Part shown: one piece after another, positions 10,159 through 20,234 of the stretch
Numbering within the stretch: position 1 is the stretch's first letter
Layout of the letters: the number at the start of each line of letters is the position of its first letter
Source of the DNA: an uncultured Mycobacterium sp.
Lineage (GTDB): Bacteria > Actinomycetota > Actinomycetes > Mycobacteriales > Mycobacteriaceae
DNA length: 41,528 bases
Assembly: GCF_964249325.1 (NCBI RefSeq)
Contig: NZ_CAXUCH010000012.1
Coordinates: 1-41,528, forward strand
Direction of reading: 5' to 3'
Notes under the pieces: model-generated
The model's input: only the letters and a program-made list of their open reading frames with translations
The model's database searches: none
What the model was told of the DNA's origin: nothing
Made by a program: the position numbers and the translations under genes

Positions 10159-11100
10159 TCAGCCGGGGTCGGCGGGTCGTTGCTGGTGTCGCCGGCCGAT
10201 GACGACGTGGCTGAACGCGCTGAGGTAATCGGCGGCGGCATTGACCGATGACGCGTCTACGTGCACGATCGCCCACGTCGCTCCGAGTTCGGCGAATTCG
10301 TCGAGGCGTTCCAACGCCTGCCGCACCGAGCCGTCCGTAGTGAAATCGATGGCGGCAACGTCGATTTGGATGTCGACGGTGGCAGGATCTCGGCCGACCG
10401 CGCGCAACTGGCGGCCCAGGTCCTCCACGGCCTGACGGAACTTGTGGGCGTCATCGATGACCGCAGTGCGGATCGAAGAAGCCATAGCAGGGGGTGCGAT
10501 GACAGGACACCATCCCTGGCCGAACTGCACCACCCGGCGCAGGGCCGCCTTGCTGTTGCCGCCGATCCAAATCGGGGGATGCGGCTTTTGCACCGGTGGG
10601 CTCAGCCACAGTGGGGCAGTCGCAGCGAAGCCCTCCGCAGTGACGGGCTCCTCGGGCTGGCGCCAGATCGAGACCAGCGCGGCCAGCCCGTTGTCGAGCA
10701 GGGTAGCGCGACGATCGAAGTCCACGCCGAGGGCGGAGAATTCCGAGCGAAGATAGCCCGCGCCGATGCCGGCGGTGAGGCGACCCTCGCTCAGGATGTC
10801 AAGGCTCGTCAAGTTTTTGGCCGCTAGGTAGGGGTTACGGAACGGCAGCACATAGAGGTTGGTGAGCAGCCGGATACGTCTGGTGACTGCCGCGACGAAG
10901 CTTAGCCCGGCGGCCGGGTCGATCGTGTCGTGACCGCCGCCGCGACGCCACTTGATCGACGGGGCGGGATGGTCGCTGAACGCGATCGCGTCGAAACCGC
11001 ATTCCTCGGCCTGCACCGCCAGGCGTGTGATGACGTCGGGGACCAGGAAACCGGGTGCGGCGTTGGGAATCTCGCTGGGGTATTCGAGGGTGAACTTCAC
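10159..11100 (-). CDS. F420-dependent LLM-class oxidoreductase
   Basis: GFDAIAFSDHPAP, LPFRNP and HPPIWIGGNS motifs; GTGA overlap with the SDR stop. Confidence 0.9.
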   Translation of the reverse strand: MKFTLEYPSEIPNAAPGFLVPDVITRLAVQAEECGFDAIAFSDHPAPSIKWRRGGGHDTIDPAAGLSFVAAVTRRIRLLTNLYVLPFRNPYLAAKNLTSLDILSEGRLTAGIGAGYLRSEFSALGVDFDRRATLLDNGLAALVSIWRQPEEPVTAEGFAATAPLWLSPPVQKPHPPIWIGGNSKAALRRVVQFGQGWCPVIAPPAMASSIRTAVIDDAHKFRQAVEDLGRQLRAVGRDPATVDIQIDVAAIDFTTDGSVRQALERLDEFAELGATWAIVHVDASSVNAAADYLSAFSHVVIGRRHQQRPADPG

Positions 11101-11924
11101 CGACGGATGTCCATCCCCGCGTCGACCTTGAGCACGCTGCCGGTGAAGCTGCGGCCGTGCTCGGATATCAGGAACAAAATGGCGTGGCTCACATCTTTGG
11201 GTTCGATCATCGGCAGGTCGGGCAGCGCGGTCTGCATCGCATTGACGAGGTTCGGGGTTTGCTCGATGACCTTGAACAGGGCGGGGTTTTGGGTGACCAT
11301 CGGCGTCGCGCAGTTGGTGGGGGCGACTGCGTTGACCCGGATGCGCTCCGGTGCCAGAAGATTGGCGTACGAGCGCACCAGGCCTGTGATGGCGAGCTTG
11401 GACATGTTGTAGGCATCCGACCCGCCACGGCCGTCGGTGAGGTCCAGTAGAGCCGCCATCGAGCTGGTGGCCACCAGGTTGCCGCCCTGCCCGCGTGCCT
11501 TCAAGTGGGGGATGGCGACCTGGAAGGTGTTCCACACGCCGATGAGCATGATGTCGATTCCAAGGCGCAGTGCTTGCGATGCGTCGCGCTCATCCGGATT
11601 GGTCAGAATGACACCCGCGTTGGCGATGACGGTGTCGATATGCCCGAACTGCTGAACACCGGCGTCAAATGCCGCCTGCAGCGCCGCCTTGTCGCGGACA
11701 TCAGCCTTTTGAAACGCCATCTGCCGGCCTGTCTTTTCCACCAGGCGCGCCGTCTCCTCCAGATCGTCCATGCTGCCCAATTTGTAGGGCACGAGGTCGA
11801 GGTCTTCGCAGATGTCGACCCCGACGATGTTGGCGCCCTGCTCGGCGAACATGACCGCATGCGATCTGCCCTGTCCACGTGCGGCGCCGGTGATGAAGAC
11901 AACGCGGCCATCTAACAAACCCAT
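11097..11924 (-). CDS. Mycofactocin-associated SDR oxidoreductase
   Basis: TGAARGQGRSHA with the DICEDLDLVPY insertion typical of this subfamily; YNMSK; GGAAGG RBS. Confidence 0.9.
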   Translation of the reverse strand: MGLLDGRVVFITGAARGQGRSHAVMFAEQGANIVGVDICEDLDLVPYKLGSMDDLEETARLVEKTGRQMAFQKADVRDKAALQAAFDAGVQQFGHIDTVIANAGVILTNPDERDASQALRLGIDIMLIGVWNTFQVAIPHLKARGQGGNLVATSSMAALLDLTDGRGGSDAYNMSKLAITGLVRSYANLLAPERIRVNAVAPTNCATPMVTQNPALFKVIEQTPNLVNAMQTALPDLPMIEPKDVSHAILFLISEHGRSFTGSVLKVDAGMDIRR

Positions 11925-12301
11925 GGTGGCTTTTCCTTCCCGTTACGATTGGCAATCATAAAAATAGTTTGCTAATTGGCGGTTGGGAAGGCGTTGCCTG
12001 AGATAGCCGGGCTCGATTAGAGCCTGAGCATCAGCGAGGGCACGGACCAGATGGCGGCAGCCACTCGACTCGCCGCAAAATCCTTGACCGTAACGCCGGC
12101 GCGGCGGCGATCCCACGGATGGGATCTTGAATTTAGGGGCAGTGGTGCTCGGCACCGGCGATACAGTCCAGGGGACTTTGATTGCGGCCGCTTCAGGCGT
12201 TGCGCCGACGAGGTCGTCGCAGACAGCTACACGTCGACGCCGGCATCAGCGAATGCTGTTGGAGACAGGTCAGCCCGCGCGGCGCGACCGCGATGCCAGG
12301 G

Positions 12302-13444
12302 TTATAACCCACCTCGGGAGACCAACTGGGCGGCGATCACATTGCGCTGAATCTCGTTGGTGCCCTCGCCGACGATCATCAAGGGAGCGTCGCGGAAGTA
12401 GCGTTCGATATCGTACTCGGTGGAATAGCCATAGCCGCCGTGGATTCGGATGGCATTGATCGCTATCTCCATCGCCACCTCTGATGCGAACAGCTTCGCC
12501 ATGCCAGCTTCCATATCGCAGCGTTGCCCGCTGTCGAACTTCTCGGCGGCATACTTGGTGAGTTGCCGGGCAGCGGCCAGTTTGGTGGCCATGTCGGCCA
12601 GGTAGTTGCCCACCGACTGATGTTTCCAAATGGGCCGGCCAAAGCTCTCTCGCTGCTGGGCGTAAGCGAGGGCGTCCTCGAGCGCAGCGGTCGCGACGCC
12701 CAGGGCCCGCGCTGCCACCTGAATGCGCCCAGTCTCCAGGCCTTTCATCATCTGGAAGAAGCCACGGCCTGCTGTTCCACCGAGGATCGCCGTGGCAGGC
12801 ACCCGACAGTCGTCGAAGCGCAATTCGCAGGACTCCACGCCCTTATAGCCGAGCTTCGGTAAATCCCGCGACACTGTCAGCCCTGGTCCATGTTCGACGA
12901 GGACCACCGACATTCCTTTGTGTCGTGGCATGGCGTGTGGATCGGTCTTGCACAGCAGCGCGATGAGCCCCGAACGGCGGGCATTGCTGATCCAGGTCTT
13001 TGCGCCGTTGATGACCAGATCGTTTCCCTCGACGCGTGCGACGGTGGTCATCGCTTGCAGGTCGGAGCCGCCACCGGGTTCGGTCAACGCCATGGTGGCA
13101 CGCACCTCACCAGTTGCCATGGGAGGCAGGTATTTTCGCTTCTGCTCTTCGGTACCGAAGAGCAGAAGCAGCTTGGCCACGACGGTGTGACCGCCCATGG
13201 CACCGGCCAGGCTCATCCATCCGCGGGCCAACTCCTGCGCTACCCACACGTAGCAGGGCATCGACACGGGGCAGCCGCCGTACTCCTCCGGTATGGCCAA
13301 GCCGTAGATGCCGATACGCTTCATCTGCTCGATCCAAGCCTCGGGATAGGCGTCGGCGTGCTCGACGTCGCGCACCGTCGGTTTGACGTCGCGGTCGACG
13401 AACGCGCGGACCGTCTCAATGAGCAGGTTCTCTTCGTCGGTCAA
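12302..13444 (-). CDS. Acyl-CoA dehydrogenase
   Basis: ALTEPGGGSDL, HGGYGY and GEGTNEIQRN motifs. The coupled ATG at 13455 is out of frame (see findings). Confidence 0.9.
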   Translation of the reverse strand: MTDEENLLIETVRAFVDRDVKPTVRDVEHADAYPEAWIEQMKRIGIYGLAIPEEYGGCPVSMPCYVWVAQELARGWMSLAGAMGGHTVVAKLLLLFGTEEQKRKYLPPMATGEVRATMALTEPGGGSDLQAMTTVARVEGNDLVINGAKTWISNARRSGLIALLCKTDPHAMPRHKGMSVVLVEHGPGLTVSRDLPKLGYKGVESCELRFDDCRVPATAILGGTAGRGFFQMMKGLETGRIQVAARALGVATAALEDALAYAQQRESFGRPIWKHQSVGNYLADMATKLAAARQLTKYAAEKFDSGQRCDMEAGMAKLFASEVAMEIAINAIRIHGGYGYSTEYDIERYFRDAPLMIVGEGTNEIQRNVIAAQLVSRGGL

Positions 13445-13451
13445 TTCGGCC

Positions 13452-14621
13452 TCATCGGTTGTCTAGGAGGTTGCGGGCGACGATTTCGCGCTGGACCTCG
13501 GTGGCGCCTTCGCCGAGCCTTTTGACGCGTAGGTCGCGAAACCAGCGTTCCAGTGGTAGTTCATTCGAGAGCCCCAGCGCGCCGTGTATTTGGATGCAGC
13601 GGTCCACCACCCGGTAGGCGGCCTCGGTGGCGTTGAGTTTGGCGATAGATGCATCGACTCGGACGTCGCGGCCGAGGTCGGCGTTCCATGCGGCTTGGTA
13701 CACGAGTAGTCGCGCGGCCCGCAGTTCTACTTCGCTGTCGACGAGCATCCATCGGATGCCTTGCTTGTCGGCCAGCTTTCCACCGAAGACGTCCCTGTCC
13801 GTGACCCATTGGCGGGCGAGGTCGAGGGACGTCTGGGCGATGCCGATGGGGCCCGCAGCGTATGTGATGCGGCCCCTCACCAAAAAGTCGTTGGCCAGTG
13901 CAAGGCCTTGACCCTCGGCGCCGATGAGTCTGTCGGCCGGAATCCGGACGTTGTCGAAGTGCAGCTCGTAGGGGCAAAAAGATGCCATCACGTCGATGCG
14001 GTTGAAACTCATTCCGGGCGTGTCTTTTTCGACGATGAAGCAGGATATGCCGTTGCGGCCGGGTCCGGTGCGGGCATACACCACACCCCAGTCCGCTTCG
14101 CGCGCATGTGAAATCCACATCTTCGAGCCGTTGAGGATATAGGTGTCGCCATCGCGGCCTGCTTTGAGCTGGATCGCCCGCGCCGGATCGGACCCTCCCG
14201 ATGCCTCGGTGATCGCGGTGTAGGCCTTAGTCATAGTGCCGTCGATGATCGGCTTGGCGTAGGTGGCGAACTGCTGGGGGGAGGCCTTGAACATCACGTT
14301 GGGCGGGTTTCCGCCGAATGCGCCGAGCGCAGGAAAAAAGGCCCCCATTCGGCACTTGGCTGCTTCTTCGGCCACCACAACCTGACCGAGAACGCTTAAC
14401 CCGGTTCCGCCGAACTCCTCGGGGGTCTGCAAGGCCCACAACCCCAGCTCCCGGGCCTTGGCCTGCAACTCGACGAGCTGGTCGCGCGGCAAGCCGATGC
14501 TGTCATGCGGCAACGTGTCCTCGATCGGACGCACGTAGGCCGCCATGAACCGCCGCACCGTCTCGCGGAGCAAAACAAGCTCTTCCGGCAGCTCCCAGGC
14601 GCCGGTGCTTTGGGCGCTCAC
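13452..14621 (-). CDS. Acyl-CoA dehydrogenase
   Basis: ITEASGGSD, NGSKMWIS and GEGATEVQR motifs. Confidence 0.93.
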   Translation of the reverse strand: MSAQSTGAWELPEELVLLRETVRRFMAAYVRPIEDTLPHDSIGLPRDQLVELQAKARELGLWALQTPEEFGGTGLSVLGQVVVAEEAAKCRMGAFFPALGAFGGNPPNVMFKASPQQFATYAKPIIDGTMTKAYTAITEASGGSDPARAIQLKAGRDGDTYILNGSKMWISHAREADWGVVYARTGPGRNGISCFIVEKDTPGMSFNRIDVMASFCPYELHFDNVRIPADRLIGAEGQGLALANDFLVRGRITYAAGPIGIAQTSLDLARQWVTDRDVFGGKLADKQGIRWMLVDSEVELRAARLLVYQAAWNADLGRDVRVDASIAKLNATEAAYRVVDRCIQIHGALGLSNELPLERWFRDLRVKRLGEGATEVQREIVARNLLDNR

Positions 14622-15208
14622 ATGGATCGGGCGGCCGCTGCCCGCAGCTCACGCGCGTGCTGCAACTGCGGCTGGTGGTTAGCTTCGTATTGCTTGATCC
14701 ATTCCGGCGGCAGTTTGGCCCACGCCTCGTCGATTTTCAGCCGCCGCGCGGTGCTGAACACTTCGGCGGCGACGACGTCGCCGACGAAGATGGTGTTTTC
14801 GTCGTTGTCCAGCAACCCGGTAATGGAGCACTCCACATAGCTGTGGGCGTCCAGCAGGATCGGTGCTCCGGTGACGCCCGGCTTGGTGCGCAGTTTGGAG
14901 ATCTTGTCGCCGTCGCGCCCTGAGCTTCCGCCCAGAATCATCAGGATTTGCAGCGACGTGTCGATCTCGCCTTCGCCGGCGGAAAGCATATGCATGGCGA
15001 ATACACCGGAGTTGACCAACATGTCGTGGGTCCGGTTGTACTTGGTCAGACTCACCGTGGCGCGCGGCAACTCCGGCACGATGCTCGCCGAGCCGGCCGA
15101 CAAGGACATCAGCCCGTTCGCGAAGCCGTCGTCGATGGTGGTGACGGCGACCGGAAACGGCCGCAAGCCCGCCAGTACGGCATTCGCCGCGTCAAGGTCG
15201 ATGCCCAT
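14618..15208 (-). CDS. Flavin reductase family protein
   Basis: PFPVAVTT, TGAPIL and TIFVGDVV motifs; AAGGA RBS before ATG 15208. Confidence 0.87.
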   Translation of the reverse strand: MGIDLDAANAVLAGLRPFPVAVTTIDDGFANGLMSLSAGSASIVPELPRATVSLTKYNRTHDMLVNSGVFAMHMLSAGEGEIDTSLQILMILGGSSGRDGDKISKLRTKPGVTGAPILLDAHSYVECSITGLLDNDENTIFVGDVVAAEVFSTARRLKIDEAWAKLPPEWIKQYEANHQPQLQHARELRAAAARSM

Positions 15209-15633
15209 CCGGATATCCTTCGCCGTGGGTTTGCGCAACAATCACAAGTATCGTACACATATGTCAGAAGTAAATGAACATGCCATCCCTAATGGGTGAG
15301 CCAAGCGTGGAAAGCTCGCATGACCCCAGGTGATCGGCGCGATAGACCAACGTGACAGGGCCGTCAGAAATCGTCAGCGTCTCGCAGCGCCCGGCGCCGT
15401 TGGCTATCCCTGCGTGCTCGCCTCGCCTGCGACGAGTGCTTGTGTTTATCCGCTCGCAATCGAAACACCGGGTTGCCGCCGGATCAGGTTCGGTAACTGG
15501 GCAGGCGGGCCCTGCGACGCTTATCGCCCGTGTGCCAACGCCGCGAATCGCGGCCTGCCGTTGTGTTGGACGATACAGATGCAGTATCCGTTACCTTCGC
15601 CAGCGGAACGACTTTGCACTTCTGGTTGCCGCG

Positions 15634-16464
15634 TCACGTGCTGGCGGGCTTCAGTTTCGCTTCCGAAGCCGCTGGTGTGCTGGTGATGTCCGCTGCCATC
15701 ACCTCGCCTGCCTGTCGGCCCTCGTTAGCTGTCGCGATCGCGCGGATTATCGCCCGAACGAGGGCCAGACTCATAGCGATAGTAGCCGTGGCCGCCGCCC
15801 ATATCACAATGCCGGGCACCTCGGTGTGCAGCGCCACGAAGATCGGCCACGCGGTACCGAGATAGAGCGCGCCAAATATGCAGGGCAGCAGTGGAATAGC
15901 GAGCAGCACACCAGCACCTCGCAGTCGGTTCCAATACAAGTAAAAGACCGCACCGGCCACGATCGGAAACGCGGCGTTTACGAACATGAACCACAATGGC
16001 ACGCTGAAGACCGAAAACGGCTGCGGACCGTAATAAGTGTAAAAGCGCACATGTATGCCGAGCACCTCCAGCACAAAATCCAATGTCCAGGCAAATGCGT
16101 ACAGCGCCCACAACTTGCTCGCTTTGACGCCGCGCCGCATCATGACGGCTCCGATGTAAGCTTCTGCGCCGAACAAGAACCCGTACCCAACCAAAGCGGC
16201 CAGCGGTATCGACACACCGAAGGCAATGAAAACGACAGCGAAATTGTCGCGCGCGTACCAGCACAACCCCAGGAAGTCCAGGAGCGGCTCCAGCAGGCAT
16301 GCCGCGACGCCGGCCAGTGTCGCGCATGCAAGCAACATGTCGCGACGAGCGGCGCGGTGAACCGCAAAGCCGGCAGCAATCAAGAAGCCGACTGCACAAA
16401 GGGCTGTAAAGGCGACGCTCGATGAATGCGCAACCGAGAGAGTCACCGGAGGCTCGTGTACCAC
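15634..16464 (-). CDS. Multi-pass membrane protein of unknown function
   Basis: About 7 hydrophobic segments with polar motifs (EPLLDFLGLCWY, EVLGIHVRFYTYYGPQP); GAAAGGA RBS before GTG 16464. Confidence 0.8.
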   Translation of the reverse strand: MVHEPPVTLSVAHSSSVAFTALCAVGFLIAAGFAVHRAARRDMLLACATLAGVAACLLEPLLDFLGLCWYARDNFAVVFIAFGVSIPLAALVGYGFLFGAEAYIGAVMMRRGVKASKLWALYAFAWTLDFVLEVLGIHVRFYTYYGPQPFSVFSVPLWFMFVNAAFPIVAGAVFYLYWNRLRGAGVLLAIPLLPCIFGALYLGTAWPIFVALHTEVPGIVIWAAATATIAMSLALVRAIIRAIATANEGRQAGEVMAADITSTPAASEAKLKPAST

Positions 16465-16475
16465 GTCAATTCCTT

Positions 16476-16772
16476 TCAGAAGTAGCCACATTGGGCTTCG
16501 AACTCCGCGCGACGCGCGGCGCGATGAGCTCGCCGGCAGGGTAGGGCGCTTCTGGCGAGCATCGACGCCGAAAGCGCTACACCCAAGGCGGGCAGCGCAT
16601 GTCGGAAGCCGCGGCGATGGTCTGCGCCGAACAACACAACGAGCTCTGGGTGGAAACGCTTGACGGCCGTCGCGGCCATTGCGGTGCGACACTTCCGCCC
16701 GAAGCGTTGCTCGGTGCCACGTTCCTTGCTCGGGCTATGGCTTGCGCACAGCACCCGTCGATCACACATCAC
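16476..16772 (-). pseudogene. N-terminal remnant of an MhpB/LigB-family extradiol dioxygenase
   Basis: LCASHSP and FHPELVVLFGADH motifs; only 98 aa. Confidence 0.7.
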
Positions 16773-16823
16773 GACGAAGCGCCTTTCATCACTGTCAGTG
16801 CCGAAACTTCCTGTGGTGGGGTT

Positions 16824-17018
16824 TCAGTCCCGCGCCGATATCGCCCCTTCGGGGCAGTTGGCGGCACCGATTCGTGCCGCTTCCGCCTTGTCTGGAGGGA
16901 CCGTGCCGTCGTTAATCACGATGCCGTAGCCCTCGTCGTCGTCGGCATAAACGCTCGGGGCGAGCGCGTAGCACATGCCGTGGCCCATGCACTTGCCCGA
17001 ATCTATTGAGACTTTCAT
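16824..17018 (-). CDS. Ferredoxin (CxxHxxC..CP)
   Basis: CMGHGMC...NCPEGAI; 5 nt downstream of the P450. Confidence 0.93.
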   Translation of the reverse strand: MKVSIDSGKCMGHGMCYALAPSVYADDDEGYGIVINDGTVPPDKAEAARIGAANCPEGAISARD

Positions 17019-17023
17019 GGTGA

Positions 17024-18205
17024 TTAGTTCCCAATCGTCAGGTATAGCGACTCCAGACCGACGGTGCCGCGTGGCCAATGCACTCGGGGAGTAGTGCCTG
17101 CGGTGATGCGGTAGTCCGGTATGCGCTTGTGCCACTCCTCGTAGAGCACCTGCATCTCCAGCCGTGCCAGATGTGAGCCGAGACAGCGGTGTACGCCCAT
17201 GCCGAAGCTGATGTGGCGGTTATCTGCCCGGTGGAAATCGATGTCGTACGGACGGGGAAAGGTTTTCTCGTCGCGATTGGCCACTGCAAGATAAGCGGTG
17301 ACGCGACTGCCTTCGGGCAAGGTATAGCCCAACAGGTCAGTCTCTTGCGTGGTGACCCGCGGCAGGAACGGAGCGGGTGGATCCAGCCGCAGCAATTCCT
17401 CTGTGGCGGCAGGAATGAGCGAGAGGTCCTCGACGATCTCACGGCGCCGGTCGGGGTTTTGCGCCAGACGCTGCATGCCGAAGCCGAGAGCATCCGTCAC
17501 AGTGTCCAGCCCGGCAAGGACGAAAAGAAAGCACAATCCGATGACCTCTTCGTCAGACAGCGCATCCGGGGGCTGCACATTTAAGACCTGGCTGAGCACG
17601 TCATCCCCCGGCACGCCGCGGCGCTTCTGCACAAGCTCAGATAGGTACATGTACAGTTCGGCGGCCTTGAGCATGCCCTGCTGGGCTGCTTCGTCCACTG
17701 ACGTCTGCCCGGCAGCGGCGCTGAGATTGAGCACCGCGTTCTTCCACTCAATGAACTGGTCCCGCATGTCGAGGGGCAATCCGAACAGGGTCAAAAACAC
17801 CTGGGTGGGAAATACCGACGAGACCTCGGAGACGAATTCACACTCGCCCCGCTCGGCGATCGGGGTGATGAGGTCGATGACCTGTGCATGCAGGTCGGGT
17901 TCCAGCGGCTTGATCGCGCGGGGGCTGAAGAACGGCTGCAGGATGCGCCGGTAGCGGGCGTGCTCGGGCGGGTCGAACGCGATTGGAACTAGCGGTACCG
18001 GACTTCCCAGCACGTCAAAGGCCTTCTTTGACGAGAACACCGAGGGGTTTTTCAGGACCAGTTCGACAAAGTCACGACTCGTTGCGGCATAGCCGTCCTC
18101 CACTTCCAGCAACGGATTCTCGTCGAGGATATGCCAGGCCTGGTCGCGCGCCTCCGGCATCGGAAGATCGTCGGTGTGTACTCGCGGTAATGACTCAGTG
18201 GTCAC
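17024..18205 (-). CDS. Cytochrome P450 (CYP143-like)
   Basis: DPPEH, AGLDTV, EELLR and FGMGVHRCLG motifs; GAGGA RBS before GTG 18205. Confidence 0.95.
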   Translation of the reverse strand: MTTESLPRVHTDDLPMPEARDQAWHILDENPLLEVEDGYAATSRDFVELVLKNPSVFSSKKAFDVLGSPVPLVPIAFDPPEHARYRRILQPFFSPRAIKPLEPDLHAQVIDLITPIAERGECEFVSEVSSVFPTQVFLTLFGLPLDMRDQFIEWKNAVLNLSAAAGQTSVDEAAQQGMLKAAELYMYLSELVQKRRGVPGDDVLSQVLNVQPPDALSDEEVIGLCFLFVLAGLDTVTDALGFGMQRLAQNPDRRREIVEDLSLIPAATEELLRLDPPAPFLPRVTTQETDLLGYTLPEGSRVTAYLAVANRDEKTFPRPYDIDFHRADNRHISFGMGVHRCLGSHLARLEMQVLYEEWHKRIPDYRITAGTTPRVHWPRGTVGLESLYLTIGN

Positions 18206-18609
18206 TCTGGTCCTCGCTTCTGGCGGTGATTGGCGGCAGCCAACGTGACGCACGCCACATCGTGGCATTCTAGCCATCTCTGTCAGAAGTAGACAAGGAG
18301 CGGAGGCGATGGCGTGTGCATAGAGCGCGTCGATGTATGCACGCCACTGTTGGTTTAGCCGACCACAGACGCATCTTTTGGTATGAACAGGACGTCAGAA
18401 GCTGGCTTCGTCTAATGCAAGAGGGCAAGGCGCTGATGTAGCGAGTCACCGCTGCGACGAAGAGCTGCAACCGTGACAAGGCGCCGAGTGCCCCTACGTA
18501 CGCGGATGGAACATCTAAAACCTATTCTACCCGATAGTCGACCAATGGTTGACTAACTCGGGCGAGCTGCCTAATGTGAACTCCCGGTGCCGTGAGCGTA
18601 GGAGTCGCC

Positions 18610-19341
18610 ATGCATGTCACGATCGAGAAGGCTTCCGCGTGGCTGGGACTGGCCATGGTTGGTGCGTTTCTGGTCATGTTCTGGATCATCGCCGGGATAA
18701 TTCCGCCGCTGCGGCCCAGCGACAGCGCCCAGCAGATCGCGGCGATCTACGCCCACAAACAATGGCGCATCCGAATCGGTTTGGCGTTGATGATCTTTTT
18801 CGCGTTCCTGTTCGCGCCGTTCTTCGCGCTGCTGTCCCGCCAGGTCCGACGCATCGAGGGCTACTGGGGGGTGATGTCGCTGACCCAGGTGATGCTTTCG
18901 GTGACGTTCCCGTTCGGTTTCTCGCTGTGCGCGATTTTTGCGGTCGCCGCCGCTTACCGGCCCGAGCGCAACCCCGATGTGACGCAGGCGCTCAACGACA
19001 TCTTCTGGTTCATCTTCGTCGGACTCGTCGGCCCGTTGATCACGCAGGTGATCATCCTGGCCTTCTGCGTATTCATCGACAAGCGCGAACGGCCGAGCTT
19101 TCCGCGCTGGTTCGGCTATTTCAACATCTGGTATGCGGTCCTGGGTGTTCCCGGTTGCGCGATCTATCTGTTCAAGACCGGGCCGTTGGCGTGGAATGGG
19201 ATTTTCGCCTTCTGGATTCCGCTGACTGTCTTCTGTATCTGGATGATCGTCGTGACGGTGATGCTGACGAAAGCTGTTGACGTCGAAGCGGCTGAGCGCG
19301 AGGAGCGCGCGGCGCGCCGGGAGTGGGAACCGGCGGCGTGA
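18610..19341 (+). CDS. Conserved multi-pass membrane protein
   Basis: About 6 TM segments; AGGAG RBS; FKTGPLAWNG motif; stop overlaps the next start. Confidence 0.85.
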   Translation: MHVTIEKASAWLGLAMVGAFLVMFWIIAGIIPPLRPSDSAQQIAAIYAHKQWRIRIGLALMIFFAFLFAPFFALLSRQVRRIEGYWGVMSLTQVMLSVTFPFGFSLCAIFAVAAAYRPERNPDVTQALNDIFWFIFVGLVGPLITQVIILAFCVFIDKRERPSFPRWFGYFNIWYAVLGVPGCAIYLFKTGPLAWNGIFAFWIPLTVFCIWMIVVTVMLTKAVDVEAAEREERAARREWEPAA

Positions 19342-19952
19342 ACCAGATGGTTCTCCGATCGGTCGTGCGCGGCGATCGGTCGATGGCGGCGAACACGACT
19401 CGCCGGGTGCCGGGAGAACCCGGTGTGTGGATTTTCTTGTTCGGTGACATGGTGGTGTTCGGCGTCTTCTTCGCCACCTTCATGTACCAGCGTGGGCAGG
19501 CACCGCAGCTGTTTGACCAGTCGCGCCACACCCTTAGCCTGGGCATTGGAGTCGCCAATACGCTGATCCTGCTGACCAGTTCGCTGTTTGTGGCGACTGC
19601 TATCCGGGCGATCCGCTGCGCGCAGCGTGGCGCTGCGCAGTTACTCCTTGCCCTAGCGCTGATGTGTGCCCTGGCGTTCATCGGACTGAAGTGCGTGGAG
19701 TACACCGCCAAAGTCGCCCAGGGTCACATCCCGACGCAGAACAACTTCTACCTTTACTTTTTTATCCTCACCGGCCTGCACCTCTTTCACGTGCTGATCG
19801 GTGTGGTGGTGCTCATCTTGTTGTTGACCCAAGCCCGGCGCAGTGAACTTAGCGCGACCAGAATGGCTGTCGTCGAAGGCGGAGGATGCTTTTGGCATCT
19901 GGTGGATCTGCTGTGGGTTGTGTTGTTCGCCCTGCTGTATCTGGTGAGTTGA
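19338..19952 (+). CDS. Cytochrome c oxidase subunit III-like (NorE-like) membrane protein
   Basis: GVWIFLFGDM, NTLILLTSS, TGLHLFHV and FWHLVDLLW motifs. Start is 19338 (GTGA overlap) or 19383. Confidence 0.9.
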   Translation: MNQMVLRSVVRGDRSMAANTTRRVPGEPGVWIFLFGDMVVFGVFFATFMYQRGQAPQLFDQSRHTLSLGIGVANTLILLTSSLFVATAIRAIRCAQRGAAQLLLALALMCALAFIGLKCVEYTAKVAQGHIPTQNNFYLYFFILTGLHLFHVLIGVVVLILLLTQARRSELSATRMAVVEGGGCFWHLVDLLWVVLFALLYLVS

Positions 19953-19955
19953 GCG

Positions 19956-20225
19956 ATGAACTTGGCACTGCTGCTGCGAGCCCGCTCCACGATTGTCTGG
20001 CTGGCCCTCGTCGTTGTCACGTTGGTGTCGTGGACGCTGGGAGCTGAACACGGGGTCGGCTCGGGCGTGGCCGTGGTGGTGCTTGCGCTGGCGGCGATCA
20101 AGGTGCGTTTCGTCGGGCTGGATTTCATGGAGTTGCGCAGCGCGCCGTCCATCCTGCGCGCCGTCTTCGAGGCATACTGTCTCGCCTTGTGGGGGGTTCT
20201 CGCCGGCATGTATCTGTGGCTGTGA
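19956..20225 (+). CDS. Cytochrome c oxidase subunit IV-like small membrane protein
   Basis: 3 TM segments; AAIKVRFVGLDFMELRSAP motif. Confidence 0.87.
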   Translation: MNLALLLRARSTIVWLALVVVTLVSWTLGAEHGVGSGVAVVVLALAAIKVRFVGLDFMELRSAPSILRAVFEAYCLALWGVLAGMYLWL

Positions 20226-20234
20226 GGTTTCGCG

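Noticed and set aside
11950-12300. Possible decayed oxidoreductase in a 350-nt gap
   Set aside because: No frame gives a recognisable motif.
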